From assembly GCA_964412045.1 (NCBI GenBank), contig CAYPNL010000150.1, positions 1 to 32,556 of the forward strand: a stretch of DNA of 32,556 nt, given 5' to 3'. Numbering within the stretch: position 1 is the stretch's first letter; the number at the start of each line of letters is the position of its first letter. Below are positions 1-11,378 of the stretch, piece after piece. Source of the stretch: an uncultured Desulfobacteraceae bacterium (GTDB taxonomy: Bacteria > Desulfobacterota > DSM-4660 > Desulfatiglandales > B25-G16). The position numbers and the translations under genes are program-made. The notes beneath the pieces were generated by a model that saw nothing but the letters and a program-made list of their open reading frames with translations, was not told the origin of the DNA and made no database searches.

Positions 1-102
1 CGAGAGCGATGGCGGGCAGGTCGCTCGCAATGACACCGATTTCGATTTTTTATGTAACTATCTTGCTTGAACCCTGAAAAGCAGAAAAAGGAGGCAGGAA
101 AA

Positions 103-933
103 ATGGAGATGCATGCTGCGCAAATTATTGCACTTTTGATTACCGGCCTGGGCGTGGGATTCGCTTCAGGTCTCTTAGGCGTAGGAGGGTGTTTTATCAT
201 GGTGCCGGTACAGTTCTGGGCCTTGAAATCTATCGGCGTGGACCCTACCATTGCCATTCGTATAGCCTTTGGGACCAACCTTCTGGTGGTCCTTCCCACG
301 GCATTCAGCGGCGCCATGACCCATCACAGAAAAGGAGCGGTCATCTGGAAGGCAGGGGTAACCTTCGGCATCGCAGGCGCTATCGGGGCCTTTTTCGGGG
401 CCTTCATCGCATCGCACCTTCCGGGCAAGGTCCTGACCGTCGCCTTCGGCATAGCCGTCATCTTGGGCGCCATCAGGATGCTCACGGCCAAGCCGCCGAA
501 GATTACCGATGAGCCGTCAGATAGTGTAACGGCGTTTATCCTGTGGGGGATTCCTCTGGGCATCGTCTCGGGCATTATCGGGATCGGCGGGGGCGTCCTG
601 ATGATCCCGATCATGGTCTATTTTTTGAAATTCAAGATGCACCAAGCCGTGGGTACCTCGACAGCCCTGATGATCTTTACAGCCGTCGGCGGATCCCTCT
701 CTTTCCTGATCAACGGGCTGGGGATTCAGGGGCTTCCGCCTTACTCAACGGGATACCTGAACTGGCTTCAGTGGGTCATCCTGGCCGCTTGCAGCGTCCC
801 GTTGGCTATCGTGGGGGCCAAAACCGCCCACCTGCTGCCGGCCAAACAGCTCAAGTATATCTTTGTAGCGGTGATGTTTTATATGGGCCTCAAGATGATC
901 GGGGTGTTTGCGTGGCTGCACCTGCCAATGTAA
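103..933 (+). CDS. TauE/SafE (DUF81) family sulfite/anion exporter-like membrane protein
   Basis: ORF 67..933. Start moved to ATG 103, which sits 8 nt after AAGGAGG (88-94). Polytopic hydrophobic protein with two Gly-rich repeats (GLLGVGGC, GIGGGVLMIP) typical of the TauE/SafE family. Confidence 0.8.
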   Translation: MEMHAAQIIALLITGLGVGFASGLLGVGGCFIMVPVQFWALKSIGVDPTIAIRIAFGTNLLVVLPTAFSGAMTHHRKGAVIWKAGVTFGIAGAIGAFFGAFIASHLPGKVLTVAFGIAVILGAIRMLTAKPPKITDEPSDSVTAFILWGIPLGIVSGIIGIGGGVLMIPIMVYFLKFKMHQAVGTSTALMIFTAVGGSLSFLINGLGIQGLPPYSTGYLNWLQWVILAACSVPLAIVGAKTAHLLPAKQLKYIFVAVMFYMGLKMIGVFAWLHLPM

Positions 934-989
934 GGCCAAGGGTGTCGGGCAACAGGCCGTCAAGATGTGGCCCTGCTCTGTTCTCCAGC

Positions 990-1018
990 TTGACACCTTC
1001 TTCTATATTGAGTATTAT
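990..1018 (+). promoter_or_regulatory. Sigma70-like promoter (TTGACA-17 nt-TATTAT) upstream of the ATPase pseudogene
   Basis: TTGACA at 990-995, 17-nt spacer, TATTAT at 1013-1018. A 9-nt direct repeat TATTGAGTA (1006-1014 and 1027-1035, 21-nt period) overlaps the -10. Confidence 0.45.
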
Positions 1019-1091
1019 TGCTCATCTATTGAGTAATTTGCTTATTTTCCAAGTATCCCATGCAATATCAATATGTTGAAAGGTTATGCCT

Positions 1092-1509
1092 ATGCTCGAA
1101 TATCCCTATGAAAGACCGGTTGTGATGGAGATTGTAAAGGGTCTCGGAATGAAAAAAAGCTGCTCCATATCATGACAGGTCCCAGGCAGGTCGGTAATAC
1201 CACGGCAGCCTTTCAGATCGAGGCTAAGTGGAACGGCCCGGTCGTTAATGCCTCCGCCGATTTGCCTCTGCCTCCGGAGCCGGAATGGATCAGCTCTCAT
1301 TGGGCCCGGGCGGAATACGAGGCAAAACGAGCCGGAAACGAAAGTTCAGAGGCGATTCTTTGAGGGTAAGCCGCAGCAATTATTCATGGTGGGGGCGACT
1401 CGTGGAAAATGCCGTGGGTGCGCATCTGCTTAATCACCTATCCGGGTTTCCCTACTCGGTGTATTACTGGAGACACAAGGGATCTGTCTTAGAAACAAAA
1501 GATACCTGA
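1092..1509 (+). pseudogene. Decayed AAA ATPase (AAA_14/DUF4143 family) pseudogene fragment
   Basis: Three frames each carry pieces of one family. MLEYPYERPVVMEIVKGLGMKK ends at an A7 run (1152-1158). LLHIMTGPRQVGNTT is a Walker-A-like GPRQVGKTT with K->N. The C-terminal-like piece is GRLVENAVGAHLLN...YYWRHKG, followed by a premature stop. Only about 140 codons remain of a family that is normally about 400 aa. Confidence 0.5.
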
Positions 1510-1611
1510 ATCACGTCATTCTCAATCGTGAGCCGTGGAGCCGACCAGGTAGCCCGAGGGCACTTCGGGAGATGGGTGCATCAAAGGCAGGACAGGAGGT
1601 AACACATTTGG

Positions 1612-2919
<1,308 letters not shown>

Positions 2920-2994
2920 CTACCTTTATGCCTCTCCCGAGCTGTCTCGCTCGCATGTAGGAGAAGGTGTGATGTCCTGTGAAACCATCCGCCC

Positions 2995-3849
2995 CTAGTC
3001 AGAATCCTTATGTCTGAGAAAATCCTGTATGCTGATGACCTTCGGAATATCCTTTTTTTGAAGCTTCCCGCTCCTGAGCTTTTTGATCTTCCCTATATAA
3101 TCCTGTAATTCAGCATTCTTGTCCAGGACCTCCTCCATCTGATTCTCGAACTCCTTCAACGATCTCTCAAGCTCAAAGGTTTCTATGGAAAAGGAAAACA
3201 GGGAAGACAGTATGGAAATCATTCGGTTCAATACCCTAAAATTGGTACCTCTGAGGTAGAGGGGCGAGTGACCCCACAGCCCGATATAGGGATATTGTTC
3301 CCTTTGTGCCCTCTCCATAATGAAAGAATGAATGCCAGAGGGGCCTTCATAATCGATGAGATGAATGCCTTGTTCGAGCAAGGCATCCTTCCAGTTCTCT
3401 AATGAATAAATCCCGGAAACAATGGCTTCGGTATGAAGCACATCGTCATACATCCCTCCAAGGCTGGCAATCAGAAAAACCTCCCACCGCATACAGAGGT
3501 CAAAGAGGATATCAACGAATGTGTACCACCGATAATCCGGCTCTTGCGCCTTTAAAAAGATCAGGTCATTGCCCCCCTCGTTATTGGTCCAGACATAGAA
3601 GGATATCCGCCTTCTATTGACGCTCTGAAGCTTCCCCCCCCTGATAGAGATAATTGGTCGGTTTTGGGTAAAGTGGTAGAATGGGTCGGTTTCGATTTCA
3701 GCAAACAGCGTAGCCCCCTTCTTTCGAATGACGTATTCAATCGCTTTCAGGGCCACATTGCCCGCGTTTGACCAGTCCCCAAAGCCAACAATCAGCGCTG
3801 GGTGCTTTAGTGCCGGCTTTTGGTGAAAGGTAACAAAATCCTCCATCAT
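2995..3849 (-). CDS. PAC2 (proteasome assembly chaperone 2-like) family protein with C-terminal coiled coil
   Basis: ORF 2995..3945. Start moved to ATGATG at 3849, preceded by AAGGGGG. Pattern HPALIVGFGDWSNAGNVA ... AQEPDYRW ... SLGGMYDDVLHTE fits the PAC2 family. The last ~70 aa are heptad-like and charged. Confidence 0.6.
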   Translation of the reverse strand: MMEDFVTFHQKPALKHPALIVGFGDWSNAGNVALKAIEYVIRKKGATLFAEIETDPFYHFTQNRPIISIRGGKLQSVNRRRISFYVWTNNEGGNDLIFLKAQEPDYRWYTFVDILFDLCMRWEVFLIASLGGMYDDVLHTEAIVSGIYSLENWKDALLEQGIHLIDYEGPSGIHSFIMERAQREQYPYIGLWGHSPLYLRGTNFRVLNRMISILSSLFSFSIETFELERSLKEFENQMEEVLDKNAELQDYIGKIKKLRSGKLQKKDIPKVISIQDFLRHKDSD

Positions 3850-4084
3850 GAACGACGCCCCCTTGCGTTTCCTCACATAGCAACGCTGCCTTACCCTTGG
3901 CGGCTTTATACCATGGAATAGTCGAAAAGAAAGTAAAAATCTCATCGCTGCTTACAAGATAAAGCCTCTGGACAGCGAGCTATGCCGCTAAGATGGAGAA
4001 CCCGCCCAACCCTTGTATCCATCAGTGCTGCGTTCAGGCATACTCCTCGGATCTCGTGGACGGAAACCTAAGGCAAACGCCCTT

Positions 4085-4951
4085 TCAGCGGTTCACTAAA
4101 GAAGACACCGGTACTACCTCCACCTCCTTGTCGAGGCCCACCTGGAACCTCCTCAAAAACCTTAAAGTCTCCTTATGAGGGTGGCCTATGCCTATGGCAT
4201 GCCCCTTGTGTCTCGCTACAGCAAGCAGCCTATCCATTTGTATCTTGAGCGAAGCTTCCGATAGATCATTGTCGAGAAAAATATCTCTGCGTGCCGTCCT
4301 GATCTTCATCTGCCTCGCAAGATCGAATGCCACACTCAGGCCGCTCGTCTTGCTGTCAACGAAGTAGAGCCCTCTTCTCCTCAGCTCCCCAAGAACCACC
4401 ATCATCTTTTCCCTGTCCTCGGTGAACCTTGACCCCATGTGATTATTAACGCCCTCTACAAAGGGTATCTCGCCTAAATCCCTCTGGAGGACCTCCAGGA
4501 TAGTTGCCCTTTCCATGGAGACCAGCAACACCCCATCTCCCGGATTAATGCTGGGGTAAGTCCTCGGTTCCATGGGAAGATGAAGCATGATCTCTCGCCC
4601 TCCTTCTCTAGCCCTGTGCGCGATGGAGTGCGTATAGGGCGCAAAGGGCAATATCGATAGGGTGAGCGGCAAATCAAGGCGCATAAACCCCTCTGCAAGG
4701 GATGCATCATACCCCAGGTCATCTATGATAATAGCGATCTTTGGCGATGCAGCTTGGTGAGGTGAAAACGGCATTTCAGGGGTGATAGATCTCTCCGGAT
4801 GGTTGTGCAGCTCCTCAAAGGGAGGGACGGCTCCTCGCTGAGCAAATCTCGGCAGACAATCTATGGCTACGGTGATGAGAATGCTCGCGAGGGCAAACCC
4901 AATGAAGACGAGGTATATGTTTTTTGATCTGTCTTTTCTACGCGTAACCAT
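4085..4951 (-). CDS. Divergent polysaccharide deacetylase family protein (YibQ-like)
   Basis: 288 aa with an N-terminal TM anchor. IAIIIDDLGYD ... LPFAPY ... EIMLHLPMEP ... VNNHMGS motifs are typical of the YibQ/DUF610 family. The position downstream of envC/ctpA is a known synteny. Confidence 0.8.
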   Translation of the reverse strand: MVTRRKDRSKNIYLVFIGFALASILITVAIDCLPRFAQRGAVPPFEELHNHPERSITPEMPFSPHQAASPKIAIIIDDLGYDASLAEGFMRLDLPLTLSILPFAPYTHSIAHRAREGGREIMLHLPMEPRTYPSINPGDGVLLVSMERATILEVLQRDLGEIPFVEGVNNHMGSRFTEDREKMMVVLGELRRRGLYFVDSKTSGLSVAFDLARQMKIRTARRDIFLDNDLSEASLKIQMDRLLAVARHKGHAIGIGHPHKETLRFLRRFQVGLDKEVEVVPVSSLVNR

Positions 4952-5135
4952 GAATATCTAGCCACACATGGCTAAAATTCTCATCCCCTCTGAATCAATG
5001 CTTATTGTGTTGAGTAAAAGTGCCGGGCTTGAAAAGCGCAAGGCTCAGGGGGAAAGGCACAAAAGATGAACCTTGAGCCTTATGCCGCCTGTGTTGTCTG
5101 ACACATGCAGCGAAACAATGGGGGATGCAAGGAGC

Positions 5136-5155
5136 TAAAAGCAGGGTTTCCTGCT
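5136..5155 (-). terminator. Weak intrinsic terminator overlapping the ctpA stop codon
   Basis: Minus strand reads TAAGCAGGAAACCCTGCTTTTAG: 6-bp stem AGCAGG/CCTGCT, 4-nt loop, short U-tract. It is followed by a 200-nt gap before the next gene. Confidence 0.35.
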
Positions 5156-6486
5156 TATGTACCGGGCTTTCGAGTCTCCATGAACGAAAAAATCCCCCAT
5201 GATTGAAGCACGTGTACCGCACTTCTCAATTGATTGTCATTCTTGATGAGGTCTCGAAAACGAGATTCCTCCTTTGAAAAGGCCTCGTTGCCCTCCTGCT
5301 CATCGCCATCCTTTTCGAGGTGGCCCTCCAAATCCTTCTCCCGTATCACAGGCATCTTCTCGTCTTTTGGCTCTTTCTTTGGAGCTACGAAGGCAACCTC
5401 TATATCAGGCGTAATGCCGCTGGCCTGGATAGATCTTCCGTTCGGGGTATAATACAGGGCCGTGGTGAGGCGTAAACCCGATCCATCCGAGAGAGGAAAA
5501 AGGGTTTGCACTGAACCTTTCCCAAAGGTGGTAGTACCCAATATAAGTGCCCTTTGATTGTCCTGCAATGCGCCGGCCACGATCTCCGATGCGCTGGCGC
5601 TTCCTCCGTTGATCAAGGCTACTATTGGATATCCTCGTATACAATCTCCACTCTGTGCATATGTCTTTTCCTCCTGTTGATCCCGTCCCTTGATCGAAAC
5701 AATCACGCCTGAATCAAGGAATGCATCGGCCACTTCTAACGCCTGAGAGAGCAAGCCGCCTGGGTTGTTTCTCAGATCCAAAACAAAACCCTTGAGGCCT
5801 CCTTTGCCCTCCAGATCCCCCAGCGCCTTAGATAGTTCTTGGCCGGTATTACTGCGGAAGTTCGAAATCCTCACATAACCGATGCCATGAGGAAGCAATA
5901 GGGAGCGAACGCTTATGATGGGAATCGCATCTCTGGTGATAACAAACTGGATCGGTTGTTCTATGTCCTCCCGCCGGATAGTCAACGTGACCTTGGATCC
6001 CTTAAGCCCTCGAATAGCCTTCACTGCCTCCATAATGGAAAAGTCCTTTGTCGACGTATCGTCTATCTTAATTATTTGGTCTCCCGCCTTTATGCCAGCA
6101 TCAAACGCAGGCGTTCCCTCTATAGGAGAAACAACGGTAAGGACATTGTCCCGAATGGTTATCTCGATCCCTACGCCGGTAAAGCTCCCTTTTGTATCTA
6201 TCATTAATTCTCTGTATTCATCCGGATCCATAAAATCCGAGTGGGGATCAAGGGTCCCCACCATACCTTTTACCGCCCCATAGATAAGCTTCTTCGGCTC
6301 AGTGCCTTCCACATAGTTCTTCTCAATCTTCCGCAAAACCTCGGTCAGCACCTCAATGTTCTTATATACCTCTTCTGTGCCTGCACAACACACCTCCTTG
6401 GATCCGCCGGCGGCAACCATCCACACAATCACGAAGATAATCGCGAACGTCTGGTGAAAAAAAATGTTGGCCTTTGTCCTTATCAT
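5155..6486 (-). CDS. ctpA: S41 family carboxyl-terminal processing protease
   Basis: 443 aa. N-terminal signal/TM, PDZ region, catalytic Ser motif GGSASASEI and Lys motif TFGKGSVQ. Confidence 0.9.
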   Translation of the reverse strand: MIRTKANIFFHQTFAIIFVIVWMVAAGGSKEVCCAGTEEVYKNIEVLTEVLRKIEKNYVEGTEPKKLIYGAVKGMVGTLDPHSDFMDPDEYRELMIDTKGSFTGVGIEITIRDNVLTVVSPIEGTPAFDAGIKAGDQIIKIDDTSTKDFSIMEAVKAIRGLKGSKVTLTIRREDIEQPIQFVITRDAIPIISVRSLLLPHGIGYVRISNFRSNTGQELSKALGDLEGKGGLKGFVLDLRNNPGGLLSQALEVADAFLDSGVIVSIKGRDQQEEKTYAQSGDCIRGYPIVALINGGSASASEIVAGALQDNQRALILGTTTFGKGSVQTLFPLSDGSGLRLTTALYYTPNGRSIQASGITPDIEVAFVAPKKEPKDEKMPVIREKDLEGHLEKDGDEQEGNEAFSKEESRFRDLIKNDNQLRSAVHVLQSWGIFSFMETRKPGT

Positions 6487-6593
6487 CTGCCTCTCCTCTC
6501 GTCGTAGTGTTCGTACCGTTCAGCATCGCAGGCTGAAACGCGCAACAGCCCTATGCATACTCATAGATTCCGCGTGATCGCTCCTCTTTTTGC

Positions 6594-7763
6594 CTACTGT
6601 ACCTTGAGCCATTTCTCCGGGTCAAGGTGCTCCCCTCCTTTTCTGATCTCAAAATACACCCCAGGCCCTAGATTCCACCCAGGATCTCCGGCAATACCCA
6701 CAGGCTCTCCTCCTGAAATCCTCTCGCCTTTCTCCTTTGCCCTCTTGTAGAGATGGGCGAAGACGGTAAAATAGTGTGCCCCATGATTGACGACCATCAA
6801 CTGCCCATATCCCTTAAACCAACCGGAATAATCCACTATGCCGGGAAATACCGACCGAACTTCTTCGCCTGCTGACCCGATTATAAACACACCTTTTTTA
6901 TGCATGAATGGGTTTGAGCCTGATGTATGCACATTCCGTACGATTTCTCCCTGTAACGGTAAGGGTAATTCCCCTTTCATATGTGCGAGCCCTTTCAGCT
7001 GAGATACCCCTTTCTCCTCCTTCTCAAGCCCTCCCATAGTCTGATTGAGCGCGTGAGCTGCCTGTTTCAGTTCCTGCACCGCCTTTTCGTAAAACTCCTT
7101 CTCCTTGCGTGCCTTCATGAGCACATATACCCTGCTCTCCATATGCCTCTCAAGGAGCTTCGCCCTGGCATCCTTTGCCTTCCGCAATAGCTCGAGAGCG
7201 GCCTTATTCTCCTCGAGTCCGGCTACCTCCCGTTCAATCTGGCCCCTTTTTCCCTCTACCCTATCGAGAACTTCTCTATCCCGATCCATAATGGAACTCA
7301 TGTACCGAATGGTTTTCTCAAGCTCCTGAAAGGTATCAGCACCCATAAGAAGGGCTACATAGCCGACTTTCCCGAATTTGTAGAAGGCAATAAGCCTCCT
7401 TGTCAAGTAGTCCTCGACATCCCGTAACGAACGATTCAACGTCTCGACCCTGTTTTGGCCATCCTCGATAGCGTCTTCTACCTCCTGGATCCGGCTCGAT
7501 ACCTCGCGTAATGCATCACGATTCTTCGCCAACTCCATTTCCAAGCGTTCTATCTCCCCCAGGATATCTTTTTCCTTTGCACCAACGCTGAACAACTCCC
7601 CCTGCTGCTCTGAAAGGTGTCGTTCGATCTCCTTTATTTGGGAGCGAGTGATCTCGATCAGTGCTTTCCTCTCTTTGCTTGAGGTGTCCGCCCACAGAGA
7701 GGCCGCGAGTATGGCGCAAAGGCAGAGCAAGAATGAGGAGAGACCAGCGATTTTTTGGTTCAT
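6594..7763 (-). CDS. envC: Murein hydrolase activator EnvC-like protein (coiled coil plus degenerate LytM/M23 domain)
   Basis: 389 aa. Signal peptide, ~230-aa coiled coil and C-terminal LytM fold. The start overlaps the ftsX stop by 4 nt (translational coupling). Confidence 0.85.
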   Translation of the reverse strand: MNQKIAGLSSFLLCLCAILAASLWADTSSKERKALIEITRSQIKEIERHLSEQQGELFSVGAKEKDILGEIERLEMELAKNRDALREVSSRIQEVEDAIEDGQNRVETLNRSLRDVEDYLTRRLIAFYKFGKVGYVALLMGADTFQELEKTIRYMSSIMDRDREVLDRVEGKRGQIEREVAGLEENKAALELLRKAKDARAKLLERHMESRVYVLMKARKEKEFYEKAVQELKQAAHALNQTMGGLEKEEKGVSQLKGLAHMKGELPLPLQGEIVRNVHTSGSNPFMHKKGVFIIGSAGEEVRSVFPGIVDYSGWFKGYGQLMVVNHGAHYFTVFAHLYKRAKEKGERISGGEPVGIAGDPGWNLGPGVYFEIRKGGEHLDPEKWLKVQ

Positions 7764-8710
7764 ATTCTAAAAAACCGGCTCAATGAAATCATGCTTCCAA
7801 GAAACCCAACGAGAATGCTCATAAGCAATAAGAGCATGATAACGGCCGGCGAGAGAAACACGATATCGAGAGAGGCAAACCCAACCCGGAGATCTATTCT
7901 GGTTATGATTGCGAGATATCCCAGGAATAGGATCGCCAGGGCGGTCAATCCTCCGAGAAGTCCCTGTATCGATCCCTCGATAAGGAAAGGGGCCTTTACA
8001 AAGCGATTGGTCGCACCCACCAATTTGAGTATCTCGACCTCATCATGCCTCAAGTAGATGGTCAACTTTATCGTGTTTATGATAATGAAAAGGGCTGCTA
8101 AAAAAAGCAACCCCCCGAAGATTACGCCGGCCAACCTCACTGCCCCCATTGCTGCCTGAATCTTCTCTGCCCATTCGTGGCTATAGTGTACCTCATCAAC
8201 TGCCTCGAGCCTCTCGATCCTCTCTTTTAGTTGCTGAGGGAAATCCTCGCTCCTTCCCCTGGAGAGAACGATTTCAAGGGAGGCAGGCAAAGGGTTGTCC
8301 TCCAAGCCATCCAGAACACCGGATTTATCGCCCAACCGTTTCTTGAGGATCCTCATGGCATCGCTTTTTGAAATAAACTCCTTGATCGTTACCTCAGGAT
8401 AGTGGAGCAATTCTTCTGTTACCCCCTCAACGGCAACCTTATCGGGATTCCCCTTGAAATATATGGACATGGTCAAGGAACTTCCCTGTTCTTCAATCCA
8501 ATAATTGATATTAACGAATACGAGGAGAAAAGCGTGAAACAGGAGAAATGCGATAGCCATCGTACCGATGCCTACTAGGTGGACCAAACGATTCTCAAAG
8601 ATGTTCGCCAGTGCTCGCCGCGTGGAGTAACGAAGCAATGCTGCTCTCACCTGAAACAAGCTCCCTCTCGTATCAATTGGCAAACGATGGGTCTTGGACA
8701 CATACAACAC
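7760..8710 (-). CDS. ftsX: Cell division permease-like protein FtsX
   Basis: 316 aa. TM1, periplasmic loop, then 3 C-terminal TMs. Lies between ftsE and envC. Confidence 0.85.
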   Translation of the reverse strand: MLYVSKTHRLPIDTRGSLFQVRAALLRYSTRRALANIFENRLVHLVGIGTMAIAFLLFHAFLLVFVNINYWIEEQGSSLTMSIYFKGNPDKVAVEGVTEELLHYPEVTIKEFISKSDAMRILKKRLGDKSGVLDGLEDNPLPASLEIVLSRGRSEDFPQQLKERIERLEAVDEVHYSHEWAEKIQAAMGAVRLAGVIFGGLLFLAALFIIINTIKLTIYLRHDEVEILKLVGATNRFVKAPFLIEGSIQGLLGGLTALAILFLGYLAIITRIDLRVGFASLDIVFLSPAVIMLLLLMSILVGFLGSMISLSRFFRI

Positions 8711-8770
8711 ACAATATCGGCAAAGGCCGAACGAACCCTTCTGCTGCTTTTATCCTCCCTTCTTTCTTCA

Positions 8771-9421
8771 CTATACTATCCTGCCCTTATTGAGGGTAAC
8801 CCCCCTTCTCCTCGTGCCCTTTAGGAGTGCCTGGTTATGGGTTGCCACAAGTACGGTCGTGCCTTTGACATGTATCTGCTTCAAGAGAGCCATTATCTCG
8901 ATGGTTAGGCCCTGATCCAGGTTTCCAGTTGGCTCATCAGCCAAGAGAATCAGGGGATTATTGATAATGGCCCGCGCTATGGCGACCCTCTGTTGTTCGC
9001 CGCCTGATAGTTGGGGGGGATAATAATCCTCCTTTCCCCCTAAATCGAGGTACGTGAGGACATGATGAACCCTCTTTCGTATGCTTGAAAAGGGAGTCCC
9101 CATGATCTCCAGGGCGAGGGCTACGTTCTCAAAAACAGTACGCCTGAAAAGCAGCTTGAAATCTTGAAAGACCACCCCTGTTCTTCTCCGCAGCAACGCA
9201 AGCTCTTGATCCTTAATCCTGTTCAGGTTCCTTCCGTTAACCAACACGTGTCCGCTCGTGGGCATCTCCGCGCAAAAGATAATCTTTAGCAACGTCGTCT
9301 TTCCCGCACCGCTGGGCCCTGTGATGAATACGAATTCCCCCCGCTCAATCGTCAGGCTTACGTCTATGAGCGCTGAGTTTCCCGAGCCAAAACTTTTGCA
9401 CACATCAAAAAACTTGATCAT
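8771..9421 (-). CDS. ftsE: Cell division ATP-binding protein FtsE
   Basis: ORF 8771..9487. The likely start is MIKFFDV at 9421. Walker [10 protein letters not shown], signature LSGGEQQRV, Walker [13 protein letters not shown]. Confidence 0.9.
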   Translation of the reverse strand: MIKFFDVCKSFGSGNSALIDVSLTIERGEFVFITGPSGAGKTTLLKIIFCAEMPTSGHVLVNGRNLNRIKDQELALLRRRTGVVFQDFKLLFRRTVFENVALALEIMGTPFSSIRKRVHHVLTYLDLGGKEDYYPPQLSGGEQQRVAIARAIINNPLILLADEPTGNLDQGLTIEIMALLKQIHVKGTTVLVATHNQALLKGTRRRGVTLNKGRIV

Positions 9422-9543
9422 CTTACCCAAACTACGGCGCTGCTGTCTAAAAAAATAAGGTCTGAAAGATGTCAAGGCGCTATTCACCGAGCATAATGAA
9501 TGGCTCTGGGCATAGGTGATAGGTGGGCCTTTATCTCAGTATC

Positions 9544-11106
9544 TCATTTTGCATATTCAACGGCCCTTGTTTCCCTGATTACCGTGACCTTTATCTGCCC
9601 AGGGTAGGTAAGCTCCTTTTCTATCTTCTTTGCTATTTCCCTACAAATCATCCCGGTCTCGGAATCATCTACTTTATCGCTCTCCACTATGATTCTCAAT
9701 TCCCTTCCTGCCTGAATCGCATATGATTTATTTACACCCTTGAGAGAATTGGCAATCTTTTCCATATCCTCCAGTCTCTTCACGTAGGACTCGAACATCT
9801 CCCTGCGTGCTCCGGGCCGTGCGCCCGACAAGGTATCGGCGGCCTGGATAAGCACATCTAAGATGGAACTAGCCGGTATCTCCTCGTGATGAGCTGCGAT
9901 CGCATGCACTACCTCTTCAGATTCACCATATTTTTTGGCGAGCTCAGCACCTATATGGGCATGGGTTCCTTCGACCTCATGGTCTACTGCCTTACCGACA
10001 TCGTGCAGCAGCCCAATCCTCTTAGCCTGTTTCTCGTCTAGGCCCAACTCAGAGGCCATTATGCCACACAAAAAGGCAACCTCAACAGAGTGCTGGAGGA
10101 CGTTCTGCGCGTAGCTTGACCTATATTTGAGCCGACCGACCAGCTTAATCAGCTCCGGATGGATTCCATGGATCCCAATATCAAAAGTAGCCTGTTCACC
10201 TGCCTCCTTGATGTTCGCCTCGACTTCCCTGCCCACCCTTTCAACGATCTCCTCGATTCGAGCCGGATGAATCCTGCCGTCCTCTATCAGCCTCTCAAGG
10301 GCTACCTTTGCCACCTCTCTCTTGACTGGATTGAATCCAGAGAGCACCACGGCCTCTGGTGTATCATCGATGATGAGATCTATCCCGGTTGCTGCCTCGA
10401 GTGCCCTAATGTTCCTGCCTTCCCTTCCGATGATCCTCCCCTTCATCTCATCGTTTGGCAGGTTCACCACCGACACGCACTCCTCTGCCACGTAATCACC
10501 TGCGTATCTCTTAACGGCCAAGGCCAGGACCTCCTGTGACTTTCTCCTGGATATCTCGCGCGTCTCTGCTTCTATCTTTTTAATAAGTTTGGATGCCTCA
10601 TGACGTGCCTCTGATTCCATCGAAGAAACGAGCATCTCCTTTGCCTCAACCGCAGAAATCCCGGCAATCATCTCCAGATTCCTCCGCGCCTCCTCAATGA
10701 GGTTGTCAAATTCCTCCCTTTTCGTCTTAAGCTCCTTTTCTCGATCTGCAAGGCTCGTCTCTTTGTTGACGATTCCCGATTCCCGCTGCTCGAGTTGCCC
10801 CATCTTCTTATCGAGGGTCTCCTCTTTTTGGAATAACCTTCTTTCCTGGTTCTGGAGTTCCTTGCTTCTCGATCTTGTTTCCTCCTCGAATTCGAGCTTC
10901 ATTTGATAGAGTTTGTCCTTTGCCTGGAGCTGGGCCTCCTTTCTGATCGTCTCGGCCTGTTTGCTGGCCTCTAGAACAACCTTCTTCGAGTAGTCCTCTG
11001 CGGAATCAAGCTTGTGCTCGACTGCCTTCTTGCGAACGATAAACCCTATCACTCCTCCAATGATGATCCCTGCCAGCACTCCTATGCCAAGATAAGCGAT
11101 TTCCAT
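9544..11106 (-). CDS. rny: Ribonuclease Y
   Basis: 520 aa. N-terminal TM helix, long coiled coil, KH domain ([15 protein letters not shown]) and HD domain (LLHDVGKA). Confidence 0.95.
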   Translation of the reverse strand: MEIAYLGIGVLAGIIIGGVIGFIVRKKAVEHKLDSAEDYSKKVVLEASKQAETIRKEAQLQAKDKLYQMKLEFEEETRSRSKELQNQERRLFQKEETLDKKMGQLEQRESGIVNKETSLADREKELKTKREEFDNLIEEARRNLEMIAGISAVEAKEMLVSSMESEARHEASKLIKKIEAETREISRRKSQEVLALAVKRYAGDYVAEECVSVVNLPNDEMKGRIIGREGRNIRALEAATGIDLIIDDTPEAVVLSGFNPVKREVAKVALERLIEDGRIHPARIEEIVERVGREVEANIKEAGEQATFDIGIHGIHPELIKLVGRLKYRSSYAQNVLQHSVEVAFLCGIMASELGLDEKQAKRIGLLHDVGKAVDHEVEGTHAHIGAELAKKYGESEEVVHAIAAHHEEIPASSILDVLIQAADTLSGARPGARREMFESYVKRLEDMEKIANSLKGVNKSYAIQAGRELRIIVESDKVDDSETGMICREIAKKIEKELTYPGQIKVTVIRETRAVEYAK

Positions 11107-11349
11107 TATCTCATCACCGCCTTTTTGTTTAGTTCTTTGGTTTTTAGGATAAAAGAGGGGTTGATAGAGGCGTAAGAAAAAAGAGGTCTCTGATGGCAGG
11201 ATGAGCTTTTCTCAGATGGTACTCAACGGAACAGAGCGACTTCCAAGGATTTAGACCTACCGTGTATGTCTCGATATGCTCCCTGCACCTTCACTCTTTT
11301 TATGAACTATATGGATATCTTCACCTGGTGTAGCAAACATCCAAGCGGA

Positions 11350-11378
11350 ACTATATTCATTAAGCCTTATACGATCAA
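11350..11378 (-). promoter_or_regulatory. Candidate sigma70-like promoter (TTGATC-17 nt-TATAGT) in the 6S-rny spacer
   Basis: Minus strand: TTGATC (11378-11373), 17-nt spacer, TATAGT (11355-11350). It would give rny a ~235-nt leader. Confidence 0.3.

Noticed and set aside
3850-3945. N-terminal extensions offered by the ORF track: PAC2 3850-3945, ftsE 9422-9487, atpE 18422-18472, mreB 27281-27298, mnmE 30808-30864, TauE 67-102
   Set aside because: In each case an internal ATG with a better SD, or a family-typical N-terminus, is present. The extensions are basic or low-complexity, or start at TTG/GTG.
5040-5081. 8-bp inverted repeat AAGGCTCA...TGAGCCTT with a 26-nt loop in the ctpA-yibQ spacer
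   Set aside because: Single occurrence with a large loop, no U-tract and no second copy elsewhere in the window. It cannot be distinguished from chance or a minor mRNA structure.
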